This document shows positions 24,164-33,437 of a stretch of 64,000 bases of DNA, piece after piece; the first letter of the stretch is position 1; each line of letters begins with the position of its first letter. Location: NCBI GenBank assembly GCA_965238225.1, contig OZ250183.1:832001-896000 (forward strand), read 5' to 3'. The notes under the pieces are model-generated. The model did no database searches. It was not told where the DNA came from and was given only the letters and a program-made list of their open reading frames with translations. A program made the translations under genes and the position numbers. The stretch comes from Gammaproteobacteria bacterium. Its GTDB lineage: Bacteria > Pseudomonadota > Gammaproteobacteria > Eutrophobiales > Eutrophobiaceae.

Positions 24164-25012
24164 ATGAAGAATGAAAAACAACGACACCGTATTTTGTTGT
24201 TTACGTGCTTGTTTGTGCACGTTTTTATTAGTCAGTTCATTTCCTCATGCAGTACGCATAATATGGCTCCTGTCTCCAGTTATGACAGTAAAGAGGAAGA
24301 AGGGTTTGAATCCACCGCCAAAAACATACCCGCCAAGTTACAATCTGCACTCGTAAAAAAACAAACCCATCAAAAAGTGCAAAGTGGTGATACGCTTTAC
24401 TCCATAGCATGGAATTATCATTTGGATTATAAAGAAATCGCTCGTTGGAATAAGATCAAAACACCTTATGTTATTTACCCGGGCCAGGTGGTTCGCTTAA
24501 TTGCCCCTTTGACAGAGGAAGCCGTAGTTAAAAAAACAGTTCCAGAAAATACAAAAACTACAGAGAAAAAACCCTCAGAACAAAACCCTGAAGCTACTAA
24601 AAAAATAAGCAAAAAAAATGAATCGGTTAAATATGTTAGGAATATAAATTGGCAATGGCCAACAAAAGGGAAATTGATTAAATCTAACTCGCCTATTTCA
24701 AAAAAAGGCATAGATATTGCGGGCAAAGAAGGACAGCTTGTCAAAGCATCAGGCGCTGGAGTCGTTGTGTATAGTGGTAGCGGCCTTCCAGGCTATGGAA
24801 AACTCATCATTATAAAACACAATGAAGCTTATCTGAGTGCTTATGCGCACAACAGTGTACTGATGGTGAAAGAAGGAGACAGTATTTCAAGCGGGCAGAA
24901 AATCGCAAAAATGGGACAGGATAATAATGGGCAACCACTCCTTCATTTTGAGATCCGAAAAAATGGAACTTCGGTCGCACCTACTAGATACCTACCCAAA
25001 TCCAAAACTTGA
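24164..25012 (+). CDS. nlpD: Lipoprotein NlpD (LysM + M23)
   Basis: Lipobox-like ISSC, GDTLYSIAW, WQWP, KGIDIAG, YLSAYAHN, LHFEIR. Confidence 0.93.
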   Translation: MKNEKQRHRILLFTCLFVHVFISQFISSCSTHNMAPVSSYDSKEEEGFESTAKNIPAKLQSALVKKQTHQKVQSGDTLYSIAWNYHLDYKEIARWNKIKTPYVIYPGQVVRLIAPLTEEAVVKKTVPENTKTTEKKPSEQNPEATKKISKKNESVKYVRNINWQWPTKGKLIKSNSPISKKGIDIAGKEGQLVKASGAGVVVYSGSGLPGYGKLIIIKHNEAYLSAYAHNSVLMVKEGDSISSGQKIAKMGQDNNGQPLLHFEIRKNGTSVAPTRYLPKSKT

Positions 25013-25013
25013 G

Positions 25014-25195
25014 CGTTTCGGCTAAAACACTATAAAAATGCCACGATAATTAAGTAAAATAATCCTGAAAAAAAGAAAATTTTAAAGAGTATGTCTTATA
25101 AGATATACGCATACGAATTGAAACAACTTAAACATCCAAGACAGATATTTAAGCTAGATATTAGAATAAGGAAGTCTTGTACCAGACACTTTGCA
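25014..25195 (+). pseudogene. Possible heavily eroded rpoS region-4 remnant
   Basis: Fragments across frames (RFG*, HYKNATIIK, IRIRIE, LKHPRQIF) at the position where rpoS normally follows nlpD. Confidence 0.3.
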
Positions 25196-25217
25196 TGTGC
25201 AAGCTTGGCATAAGTAT

Positions 25218-25595
25218 TTATTCGATCATCAGTAAAGCTGCGGCAATATTGCGACCTTCTTGCAGTAAAATATTATAACTACGGCATGCAGCCCCAGTAT
25301 CCATGGCTTCAAATCCAATGTTCAGCTTGGCAGTGCTTAAAAGAAGTTCCGTATCAGGGAAATGCTGTTTATGACCTGTACCTAAAAGGATTAATTCAGG
25401 CTGCATTTCCAGAATTTGCTCTAAATGATGCGATGCAATATCTGCAAATATTTGAGGCGGCCAATTGTCAATGATGATTGACGGTGTAATGATTAAACTG
25501 GAAGTGAATTGTTTACTGCCTACCACAATCAAGTTTTGTTCATACGAATTGATTCGGCAGGGGTGAGTTAATGTGTCGTCTAGTTCAATTTTCAT
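25218..25595 (-). CDS. Mth938-like domain protein (DUF498)
   Basis: PELILLGTG, FEAMDTGAACRSYNILLQEGR. Confidence 0.9.
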   Translation of the reverse strand: MKIELDDTLTHPCRINSYEQNLIVVGSKQFTSSLIITPSIIIDNWPPQIFADIASHHLEQILEMQPELILLGTGHKQHFPDTELLLSTAKLNIGFEAMDTGAACRSYNILLQEGRNIAAALLMIE

Positions 25596-25675
25596 GAAAG
25601 ATTTATTTAATGAATACATTAGGTTTCTAACTATTGATAAATTAACGAAGTATATATAAAGGAAAATATAAAGTA

Positions 25676-26329
25676 ATGAAATTAATTTTACTTGGCCCGC
25701 CAGGTGCTGGAAAAGGTACGCAGGCGAGAATGATATGTGAAAAATATGGGATACCACAGATTTCTACAGGAGATATATTAAGGGCTGCCGTTGGCGCCAA
25801 AACGCTTCTTGGAATTGAAGCAAAAAAAGTAATGGATGCAGGAGAATTGGTCTCGGATGAGCTAATTTTACAGTTGGTTCAGGATTATATTTCTGAAAGT
25901 GATTGCATTGCGGGTTATTTGTTTGATGGGTTTCCAAGAACGATAGCGCAGGCAGAAGGAATGAAAAAAATGGGGATTGATGTCGATTTTGTCTTAGAAT
26001 TGCAGGTAGATGATGATGAGATCATTGAACGTATGAGCGGAAGGCGCATTCATCCTGCATCAGGTCGCGTTTATCATGTGAAATTTAACCCCCCCAAAAC
26101 AGAAAATCAGGATAACGAAACAGGCGAAGCATTAATTCAGCGTGATGATGATGCAGAACATATTGTGCGTAAACGTCTTGATATTTATCATCAACAAACA
26201 GCACCGTTAATAGATTATTACTCATCAAGTGAAGATGAAAGCTTAGAAACATATCCAGTCTATATTAAAACTAATGGATCTGGGCAAATGAAAGAGATAA
26301 GTGAGACTATTTTTAGATTGTTAGTTTAA
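25676..26329 (+). CDS. adk: Adenylate kinase
   Basis: [35 protein letters not shown]. Confidence 0.98.
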   Translation: MKLILLGPPGAGKGTQARMICEKYGIPQISTGDILRAAVGAKTLLGIEAKKVMDAGELVSDELILQLVQDYISESDCIAGYLFDGFPRTIAQAEGMKKMGIDVDFVLELQVDDDEIIERMSGRRIHPASGRVYHVKFNPPKTENQDNETGEALIQRDDDAEHIVRKRLDIYHQQTAPLIDYYSSSEDESLETYPVYIKTNGSGQMKEISETIFRLLV

Positions 26330-26524
26330 TATTTTTTTTGTTGTTTTTATCATACTATTTTTATATTAAAATATAGTTGCCATTAAGAATAAATAAAAAA
26401 ATGTTAAAATATTGTAGAAATTATTAAAAACATAACTATAATGGCGGCGTGTTTTTTTATTTAGTGTTGTATTGTAAGTTGAATTTTGTTTAATCAATTA
26501 AAGATTCTAGAGGAGTCTAAAATT

Positions 26525-26773
26525 ATGGCAGCAAAAAAGAAGACAAAAAGACGTGCAGCAAAAAAGAAGACAAAAAGACGTGCAGCAAAAAAGAAGACAA
26601 AAAGACGTGCAGCAAAAAAGAAGACAAAAGTAGCCAAGAAGAAGGCTAGCCAAAAGAAAGTAGCCAAGAAGAAAGCTAAAAAGAAAGCTAAGAAGAAAGT
26701 AGCTAAGAAAAAAGCTAAGAAGAAGGCTAAGAAGAAGGCTAAGAAGAAGGCTAGAAGAAAAGGAAGAAGATAG
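26525..26773 (+). CDS. Histone H1-like Lys/Arg/Ala-rich basic protein
   Basis: GAGGAG RBS before ATG. 82 aa of AAKKKTKRR and AKKK repeats with no acidic residue. Terminator downstream. Confidence 0.8.
   Translation: MAAKKKTKRRAAKKKTKRRAAKKKTKRRAAKKKTKVAKKKASQKKVAKKKAKKKAKKKVAKKKAKKKAKKKAKKKARRKGRR
26528..26629 (+). repeat. 27-bp perfect tandem repeat (about 3.8 copies)
   Basis: GCAGCAAAAAAGAAGACAAAAAGACGT x3 plus a partial copy. Confidence 0.9.
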
Positions 26774-26926
26774 CAAACCAGTTTTAGCACTGGCGCAGAC
26801 AAGATAGAAAATATCGTTCTGCAGATGTATTCGTGACCAAAGTAAGATAAGGAATATCGGCGCAAAATAGCCAGAAGATTGGCTAAATTGTAGACCCAAG
26901 CTTCAAGAACAGTTCCTCTGGAAGAT

Positions 26927-26955
26927 AAAGACCCCTGAAAATGGGGTCTTTTTTT
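26927..26955 (+). terminator. Rho-independent terminator
   Basis: AAAGACCCC-TGAAAAT-GGGGTCTTT followed by a T-run. Confidence 0.8.
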
Positions 26956-27230
26956 ATTAAAGCATAAATAGGTTTGTGTCACTTGAGTGTTTTCTGCCAG
27001 CTTGGCATTGGCTTGCCGTGCCTTTAGTAAGTCACAGGAAAATAAAGTCAGTCTAGAGAAAAACTTAGAGAAAAATACTAAGCCAAGCATTGACTCAATG
27101 AGATGTTTACTTGAAGCTTGCTTAGCCTAAGCAAGCTGGATATAGGCCGCTTTCTTGAGGGGGAATAAATATTTCTTTGTAACTGTTTTGCTTAAATATA
27201 ATCCATTAAGCGTTCTTTACATTATAATTC

Positions 27231-28275
27231 TCATATAGCGCAAACTTGATTACGATCTTCGCGTTTACTCTTATAAAGTGCTTTATCTGCTATGGCGATC
27301 GTATTTTATTATGCTCTGGATAACTGCAATACCGATACTCACGGTAGTCATGGTCAAATTATCCACCATATGAAAAGAAGCATTTTCTATTATTCTTCTT
27401 ATTTTCTCTCTGGTATCTTTGGCTTGTTGCTTGTTTGTTTCAGGCAATAGAAAAATAAGCTCGTTACCACCATACCTTGCTGGAGAGTCTGTTTTGCGTA
27501 AGCGATTGCCTTTGCCAAGGCTGCAGTCAATTTATCATCTGCTGCGTGATCGTACCATCGTTAACCAGTTTTAATCCATCAGCATCAATCATCAAAATAG
27601 AATAGGTGTTATTACGTCCGGTTGATCTGTTATGTCCGCTTGTCATGATGCTGTCAAAAGATCTACGATTCATCAAACCAGTCATTTCATCTACCTCTGA
27701 TAGATGTTTAAACATTTTTTTGCTAATTGTAAATTTGAAGAAAGCATAGTAGTCAGATAAGCTACGATCAGATAAGGGGATAATATTGTCATTATACGAC
27801 CAAAATGCTCCAGCATCGGTAGCGAATCATCCTGCAGCATTGGCAGACCCATAAAAATACACAAGATAGAGATTAAGCCAAACGTTAATAATGCCGTTAA
27901 TTTTTCTAGAGTATGCCGCTTGTGATAATAATTAGAAGATATAGGCTTATTAAGAGGACTGTTTATTCCATCTGTATGTCATAGCGCGAATGCGGTATAG
28001 AAAATCATGATCCATACTTCTGCGATCAGTTTCCAATGTATCCGTTCTTTATAAGAATTTAGATAACGGAATACAGGCATATATATCGCAAAATTAAGGG
28101 AGTATTTCAGAATAATCCATTGGTGTTTAATATGGATACAGGAATTTTTGCATAAAATAAAATGGTAACCAGTAATAACCATTCTAGTTCTGAAAACCTG
28201 CGTAAAACCTATTTCAGATAAACTGGATCGGCTCCCACTTACTCATCAGGTATAAGTTTGTCGAATATTCTTCAT
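27231..28275 (-). pseudogene. Membrane-anchored GGDEF diguanylate cyclase, multiply disrupted
   Basis: Fragments SELEWLLLV, DEMTGLMNRR..MIDADGLKLVND, RKTDSPARYGGNELIFLLPET and ADKALYKSKREDRNQV in different frames. Confidence 0.85.
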
Positions 28276-28305
28276 GTATTGTGGAAGTTGTAAAATTCAG
28301 CATGA

Positions 28306-29127
28306 TTAAATATTACGCAATAATTCATTTACCTCTACCTTGCCACGTGTTTTTTCATCTACTTGTTTAACGATGACTGCGCAATAGAGACTATGAGTCC
28401 CATCTTTGGAAGGTAAACTACCTGAAACAACAACAGAGCCTGGCGGAATATAACCATAGCTTATCTCACCTGTTTCACGATTAAAAATACGAGTGCTTTG
28501 ACCGATGTATACGCCCATAGAGATAACAACGCCATCGTCAACAATTACACCTTCCACTATTTCTGAACGTGCACCTATAAAGCAGTTATCGCCAATAATA
28601 GTTGGATTGGCTTGCAAGGGTTCGAGAACACCGCCAATACCTACACCACCAGACAGGTGAACATTTTTTCCGATTTGAGCACAGGAACCAACAGTAGTCC
28701 ATGTGTCTACCATGCTACCTGCGTCCACATAAGCGCCGATATTTACATAACATGGCATCATAACAACATCAGGCGCGATATAACTACCACGACGGGCATT
28801 TGCTGGAGGTACAATACGTGCGCCAATTTTCTCAAAATCGCCTTTGTCCATATTTTTGAATTTTAATGGAACCTTATCGTAGTATTTTGTAAATCCACCA
28901 TCAATGACTTTGTTTTCTTCAATCAAGAAAGAAAGCAGTACAGCTTTTTTTAGCCATTGATTCACCGTCCATTCGCCTTCTTCTTTTTCAGCAACACGCA
29001 TGCTTCCATCATCTAATCTGGAAATTATTTCATGAACAGCACTTTTTAATTCCTGACTGGCGGATGCTGGTGTTATATTAGAGCGGTTTTCAAAATGTTC
29101 ATTAACGATGTTTTCAATATTATTCAT
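28306..29127 (-). CDS. dapD: Tetrahydrodipicolinate N-succinyltransferase
   Basis: [42 protein letters not shown]. Confidence 0.97.
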   Translation of the reverse strand: MNNIENIVNEHFENRSNITPASASQELKSAVHEIISRLDDGSMRVAEKEEGEWTVNQWLKKAVLLSFLIEENKVIDGGFTKYYDKVPLKFKNMDKGDFEKIGARIVPPANARRGSYIAPDVVMMPCYVNIGAYVDAGSMVDTWTTVGSCAQIGKNVHLSGGVGIGGVLEPLQANPTIIGDNCFIGARSEIVEGVIVDDGVVISMGVYIGQSTRIFNRETGEISYGYIPPGSVVVSGSLPSKDGTHSLYCAVIVKQVDEKTRGKVEVNELLRNI

Positions 29128-29200
29128 GTTTTTCAAGTTCTCTAAATCTTAGTTTTCTAATTAAATATTTCTTTTGGTAAATTATTGGCAAATATTCTGG

Positions 29201-30426
29201 CTAAATTGTCTTGATATAGTCACATATTCTTTCGGCTGCCTCAATGTATTGTTCTGTTTCAGCGACAAGCGCGATATGTATTCTATTTTCATCAAGATTA
29301 CCAGTGGTCATGCTACGTGACAGGAAATTTTCAGGCAACACAGTTATGTTATTGTTTGTAATATAGTCTTGGCTGAAAACTCAATATCAGAGATGAGTGT
29401 CTCCAGTCAGAGGTAAAAGCTGGCATCTGGTTTCGTGATACTTATTACTGATTTGAGTATGTCTAATACAGTATCAAACTTTTGCCGATACACGCCTGTT
29501 AGCTTAAACATGTTTTTCATCTTGCTATGCAACAATGCTTGCCATTTGCGTATAAAGCGGTATGGAGCAACCATGGTAAGTTACGGTAACGAAAAAAACT
29601 TGTATGAGTTCAGCATTACATGCGACAAAATCGGATCACATTCCTAGGACATTTGATCGCTTTGAATGGCTATGAAAAATGCAATGTTTACAATCGTTTC
29701 GTCCAAGATTTTCTGCGGTCTGTCACAACTCAATGGGAGGGGATGTTTCGTCGAAATAGATTTCTGAATAACATTCGTCAGCAGCAATAATAAACTCATG
29801 TTTGTCTGCCAAATTTAGCAATTTCTCTATGACATTCTGATTTAGGACTGCACCAGTTTGGTTACTTGGAGAACATAGGTAAATAAGCTGACATCGTTGT
29901 CAGATATTGTCAGGCACAGCATCAAAGTCAGGAAGAAATTTATTGTTTTTGACACAATTCATGTGGTAAGGCTCTGCTGAGGCTAAAAATGCTGCACCTT
30001 CATATATTTGATATGAACGGATTGGGAAGTATGATAATAGGCGCATCATTGATTTTTTGTATATTTGTGATGAGTATCTAATGACACATTGGATAAAGGC
30101 AAGCGGTATTTCTCGTGTACCATTGACTGGCAAGACATTTTGTTCGGCAGTGATACTATTTTTAGGCAAGCCGAATCTTTTGACTAACCAAATTGCGATG
30201 GCTTGTCTTAACTCATAGATACCTCGCGTTGTTGGGTAAGACGCTGCTTTGGGGGGATTTGTTTATGTAGTTTATCCAAAATAAATTTTGGGGTGATATG
30301 CTTGGGTTCGCCGATAGATAGATCAATCATGTGTCTTACTCTGCGATAACAGACGCTTCTTGTTTGCTTGAGTTCTGCAAGCCTCTCAAAGGGGTATGGG
30401 TGTAATTTTTCAAGTCCAAGATTCAC
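29201..30426 (-). pseudogene. dapC: N-succinyldiaminopimelate aminotransferase, many frameshifts and stops
   Basis: Fragments LHPYPFERL, IDLSIGEPKH, LPVNGTRE, YQIYEGAA, LCSPSN, ADECYSEIYFDE, SKRSNV, IALVAE. Directly upstream of dapD. Confidence 0.88.
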
Positions 30427-30667
30427 AAAAGGTTAAGAGTTTATTGTTTAGCATACAGAAAAAAATGTGTAGTCATAGGCTATATGCCGACTAAAAATAA
30501 TTCAACACTGCTATCACTAATTAATTGTCTGATTATTGTCGCCCTGCACCACTCTACGGATGAACAATCCAGCAACTTGATGTATCCTTTGTCACCCTTT
30601 GTTGTGCTGTGTTATGACAGTATGCTGATAAGACATAATATTTAATAAATTTTAAGACATTAGTGTT

Positions 30668-31741
30668 ATGAGTAAAAATATATTAATTCTCCCTGGAGAC
30701 GGGATCGGTCCAGAAATTGTCATGGAGGCGGAAAAAGTGTTGCATGCATTATCGAAGCAGTATGGTCTCCAGATAAGCATCAAACAAGGTTTAATCGGTG
30801 GCAGTGCCATTGATGAGACGGGCGTACCATTGCCTGAGGCAACCCTCGCATTAGGGAAGCAATCTGACGCAATTTTACTGGGTGCTGTTGGTGGATCAAA
30901 ATGGGACAAGATTGAATGCTCTTTAAAACCGGAAAGAGGTCTTTTGGCCATTCGTGCTGGCCTTGGTCTGTACGCCAATCTAAGACCCGCCATATTATAT
31001 GAGGAGTTAAGAAATGCTTCTTCTTTAAAACCGGAGGTAATTGACGGGCTGGATATCATGATTGTGCGTGAGTTGACAGGCGGCATCTATTTTGGACAAC
31101 CGCGCGGAATTAGAACCTTAGAGAATGGGCAGCGTGAAGGTTTCAACACACTCGTTTATAAGGAAATGGAGATAGAAAGAATTGCGCATACTGCATTTGA
31201 TGTAGCCATGAAGAGAAATAAAAAAGTGTGTTCAGTAGATAAGGCAAATGTCTTGGAAGCGACTAAACTCTGGCGTGAAGTTATATCCTGCATGTCAAAG
31301 GATTATCCAGAGGTTAGTCTGGAACATATGTACGTGGATAATGCAGCCATGCAATTGGTTAGAGACCCTAGGCAATTCGACGTTATTGTCACCACAAATA
31401 TGTTTGGCGATATTTTATCTGATTTAGCTTCAATGCTTACGGGGTCAATTGGGATGTTACCTTCAGCCTCGTTGAATGCTGAAGGTCGAGGTATATATGA
31501 GCCTATTCATGGCTCTGCGCCTGACATTTCCGGACAAAATATTGCCAATCCTCTGGCAACAATAATGTCCTTAGCCATGATGTTAAGGTATTCCTTGGCA
31601 GAGACAACACAAGCTTGCCGAGTAGAACGGGCGGTACAAAAGGTATTAGAAAATGGTTTGAGGACAGCTGATATATTTTCTGAAGGTATGGTAAAGGTAT
31701 CTACCAGTGAAATGGGCGATGCTATTGTCGCGGTACTTTAA
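30668..31741 (+). CDS. leuB: 3-isopropylmalate dehydrogenase
   Basis: [46 protein letters not shown]. Confidence 0.97.
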   Translation: MSKNILILPGDGIGPEIVMEAEKVLHALSKQYGLQISIKQGLIGGSAIDETGVPLPEATLALGKQSDAILLGAVGGSKWDKIECSLKPERGLLAIRAGLGLYANLRPAILYEELRNASSLKPEVIDGLDIMIVRELTGGIYFGQPRGIRTLENGQREGFNTLVYKEMEIERIAHTAFDVAMKRNKKVCSVDKANVLEATKLWREVISCMSKDYPEVSLEHMYVDNAAMQLVRDPRQFDVIVTTNMFGDILSDLASMLTGSIGMLPSASLNAEGRGIYEPIHGSAPDISGQNIANPLATIMSLAMMLRYSLAETTQACRVERAVQKVLENGLRTADIFSEGMVKVSTSEMGDAIVAVL

Positions 31742-31788
31742 TTAATACGATTTGAGTCTTTAGATCTTCAGGTAATGGAGTTTTTTTA

Positions 31789-32811
31789 ATGAGTAAAAAA
31801 TTTAATATTGCGGTTGCTGGTGCCACCGGTGTTGTTGGTGAAACCATACTGACTATTCTGCAAGAACGTAATTTTCCTGCGGAAAATATCGTTGCGCTTG
31901 CCAGTAGTCGTTCCGCTGGTGCAACTATTAGGTGTAATGGCAAGACTATTGTTGTTGAAGATATAGAAAAATTTGATTTTAAAGGTATTGATATTGGTCT
32001 TTTTTCTCCGGGTGCTCCCGTGTCTAGAGCGCATGCGCCACGTGCTACCCAGGCAGGTTGCGTGGTGATTGATAATACTTCGGAATTTCGTTATGACGAC
32101 GAGATTCCTTTGGTCGTGCCTGAGGTCAACCCCCATGCCATTGCCGATTATAAAAACAGGGGTATTATTGCCAATCCAAATTGCTCAACGATTCAGATGT
32201 TGGTAGCACTGAAGCCTATCCATGATGCTGCAACTATTGAGCGCATCAATGTGTGTACCTATCAGGCCGTATCTGGCACGGGAAAAAAGGCAATAGAAGA
32301 ATTAGCAAAACAGACTACTGAACTATTGAACGGACGGTCTGCAGTGTGCGAAGTATATCCCAAGCAAATTGCTTTTAATGCCCTGCCTCAGTGCGACAGT
32401 TTCCAGGAAAATGGGTATACCAAGGAAGAAATGAAAATGGTCTGGGAAACCAGAAAAATATTCGAGGATGAAACTATTCAGGTGAATCCGACCGCAGTTA
32501 GAATTCCTGTATTCTTCGGGCATTCAGAGGCAGTCCATGTCGAAACTAAGAAGAAATTGTCTGCGCAGGATGTAAGAAAAATACTCAGCAATAAGCCTAG
32601 CATCGTGTTAATGGATGAGCATAAGAACGGCGCTTACCCAACAGCTGCAAGTGAGGCTGTGGGCACTGATTCAGTCTTTGTTGGGCGAATTCGAGAAGAT
32701 ATTTCACACCCTAGAGGCATGAATTTGTGGATAGTTTCCGATAATGTTCGCAAAGGTGCAGCATTAAATAGTGTTCAAATCGCTGAAATTTTGGTAAAAG
32801 ACTATTTATAA
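31789..32811 (+). CDS. asd: Aspartate-semialdehyde dehydrogenase
   Basis: GATGVVG, IIANPNCSTIQ, YQAVSG, DNVRKGAALN. Confidence 0.96.
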   Translation: MSKKFNIAVAGATGVVGETILTILQERNFPAENIVALASSRSAGATIRCNGKTIVVEDIEKFDFKGIDIGLFSPGAPVSRAHAPRATQAGCVVIDNTSEFRYDDEIPLVVPEVNPHAIADYKNRGIIANPNCSTIQMLVALKPIHDAATIERINVCTYQAVSGTGKKAIEELAKQTTELLNGRSAVCEVYPKQIAFNALPQCDSFQENGYTKEEMKMVWETRKIFEDETIQVNPTAVRIPVFFGHSEAVHVETKKKLSAQDVRKILSNKPSIVLMDEHKNGAYPTAASEAVGTDSVFVGRIREDISHPRGMNLWIVSDNVRKGAALNSVQIAEILVKDYL

Positions 32812-32988
32812 GCTATAGTTAAGGTGTAATTATAAAGGAGATTCGTAGGTTGCTTACCACACAATTACTGTGTGTTTAGGTGACACTAACTGTGCTATAG
32901 AAGATTGCTGTCACAGATTTCCTCTATGTAATATTACTTAACTTATTGAAAATCAACAATTTTTAATCAGGATATTCTTTATAAACCA

Positions 32989-33390
32989 ATGAATATAAAA
33001 ACAACGAACATAAGAATTTTATTAATGAGCTTTATCTTGTTGTTTGCAGGGTTTCAACCTGCAGCACAAGCATTAGCGTTAGGGGAATTAAAGTTAAAAT
33101 CATATTTAAATCAAAGACTTGAAGTTTTTATTCCTTTAATTTCCCCGAAAGAAGGCGACCTCAGTGCGTTAAGGTTAAGCGCGAGTCGTCCTGATGAAGA
33201 AGACTTGAGTTTGAGGGTTTGGCGCGATTTAGAGGCTGAACTTATCGACAATCAGGGGGACGAGCCCTATTTAAGAGTTACCAGTAAAACCCCCTTGCGA
33301 GAGCCTTCGTTGAGCTTTGTTCTGGATGTGCGCTGGCCTAATGGACGTATACAACGAAGCTATTCATTATTCTTAGATCTGAAACCCTAA
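32989..33390 (+). CDS. Stand-alone FimV N-terminal-domain protein with signal peptide
   Basis: ALALGELKLKSYLNQRL...EPSLSFVLDVRWPNGRIQRSYSLFLD parallels the N-terminus of the adjacent FimV. Confidence 0.8.
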   Translation: MNIKTTNIRILLMSFILLFAGFQPAAQALALGELKLKSYLNQRLEVFIPLISPKEGDLSALRLSASRPDEEDLSLRVWRDLEAELIDNQGDEPYLRVTSKTPLREPSLSFVLDVRWPNGRIQRSYSLFLDLKP

Positions 33391-33437
33391 GATTTAAAGC
33401 ATTAAAGAAATAACGCAGAGGGTTAGGGGCGTGCTGG

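Noticed and set aside
25596-25757. Extended N-terminus of the Mth938-like ORF
   Set aside because: It overlaps adk on the opposite strand; the recognisable domain begins at the ATG at 25595.
26494-27090. Antisense Phe/Leu-rich ORFs
   Set aside because: Mirror images of the Lys-rich repeat gene, which has the RBS and terminator.
29201-30426. Programmed frameshifting or recoding of dapC
   Set aside because: Too many independent lesions, plus substitutions in conserved motifs.
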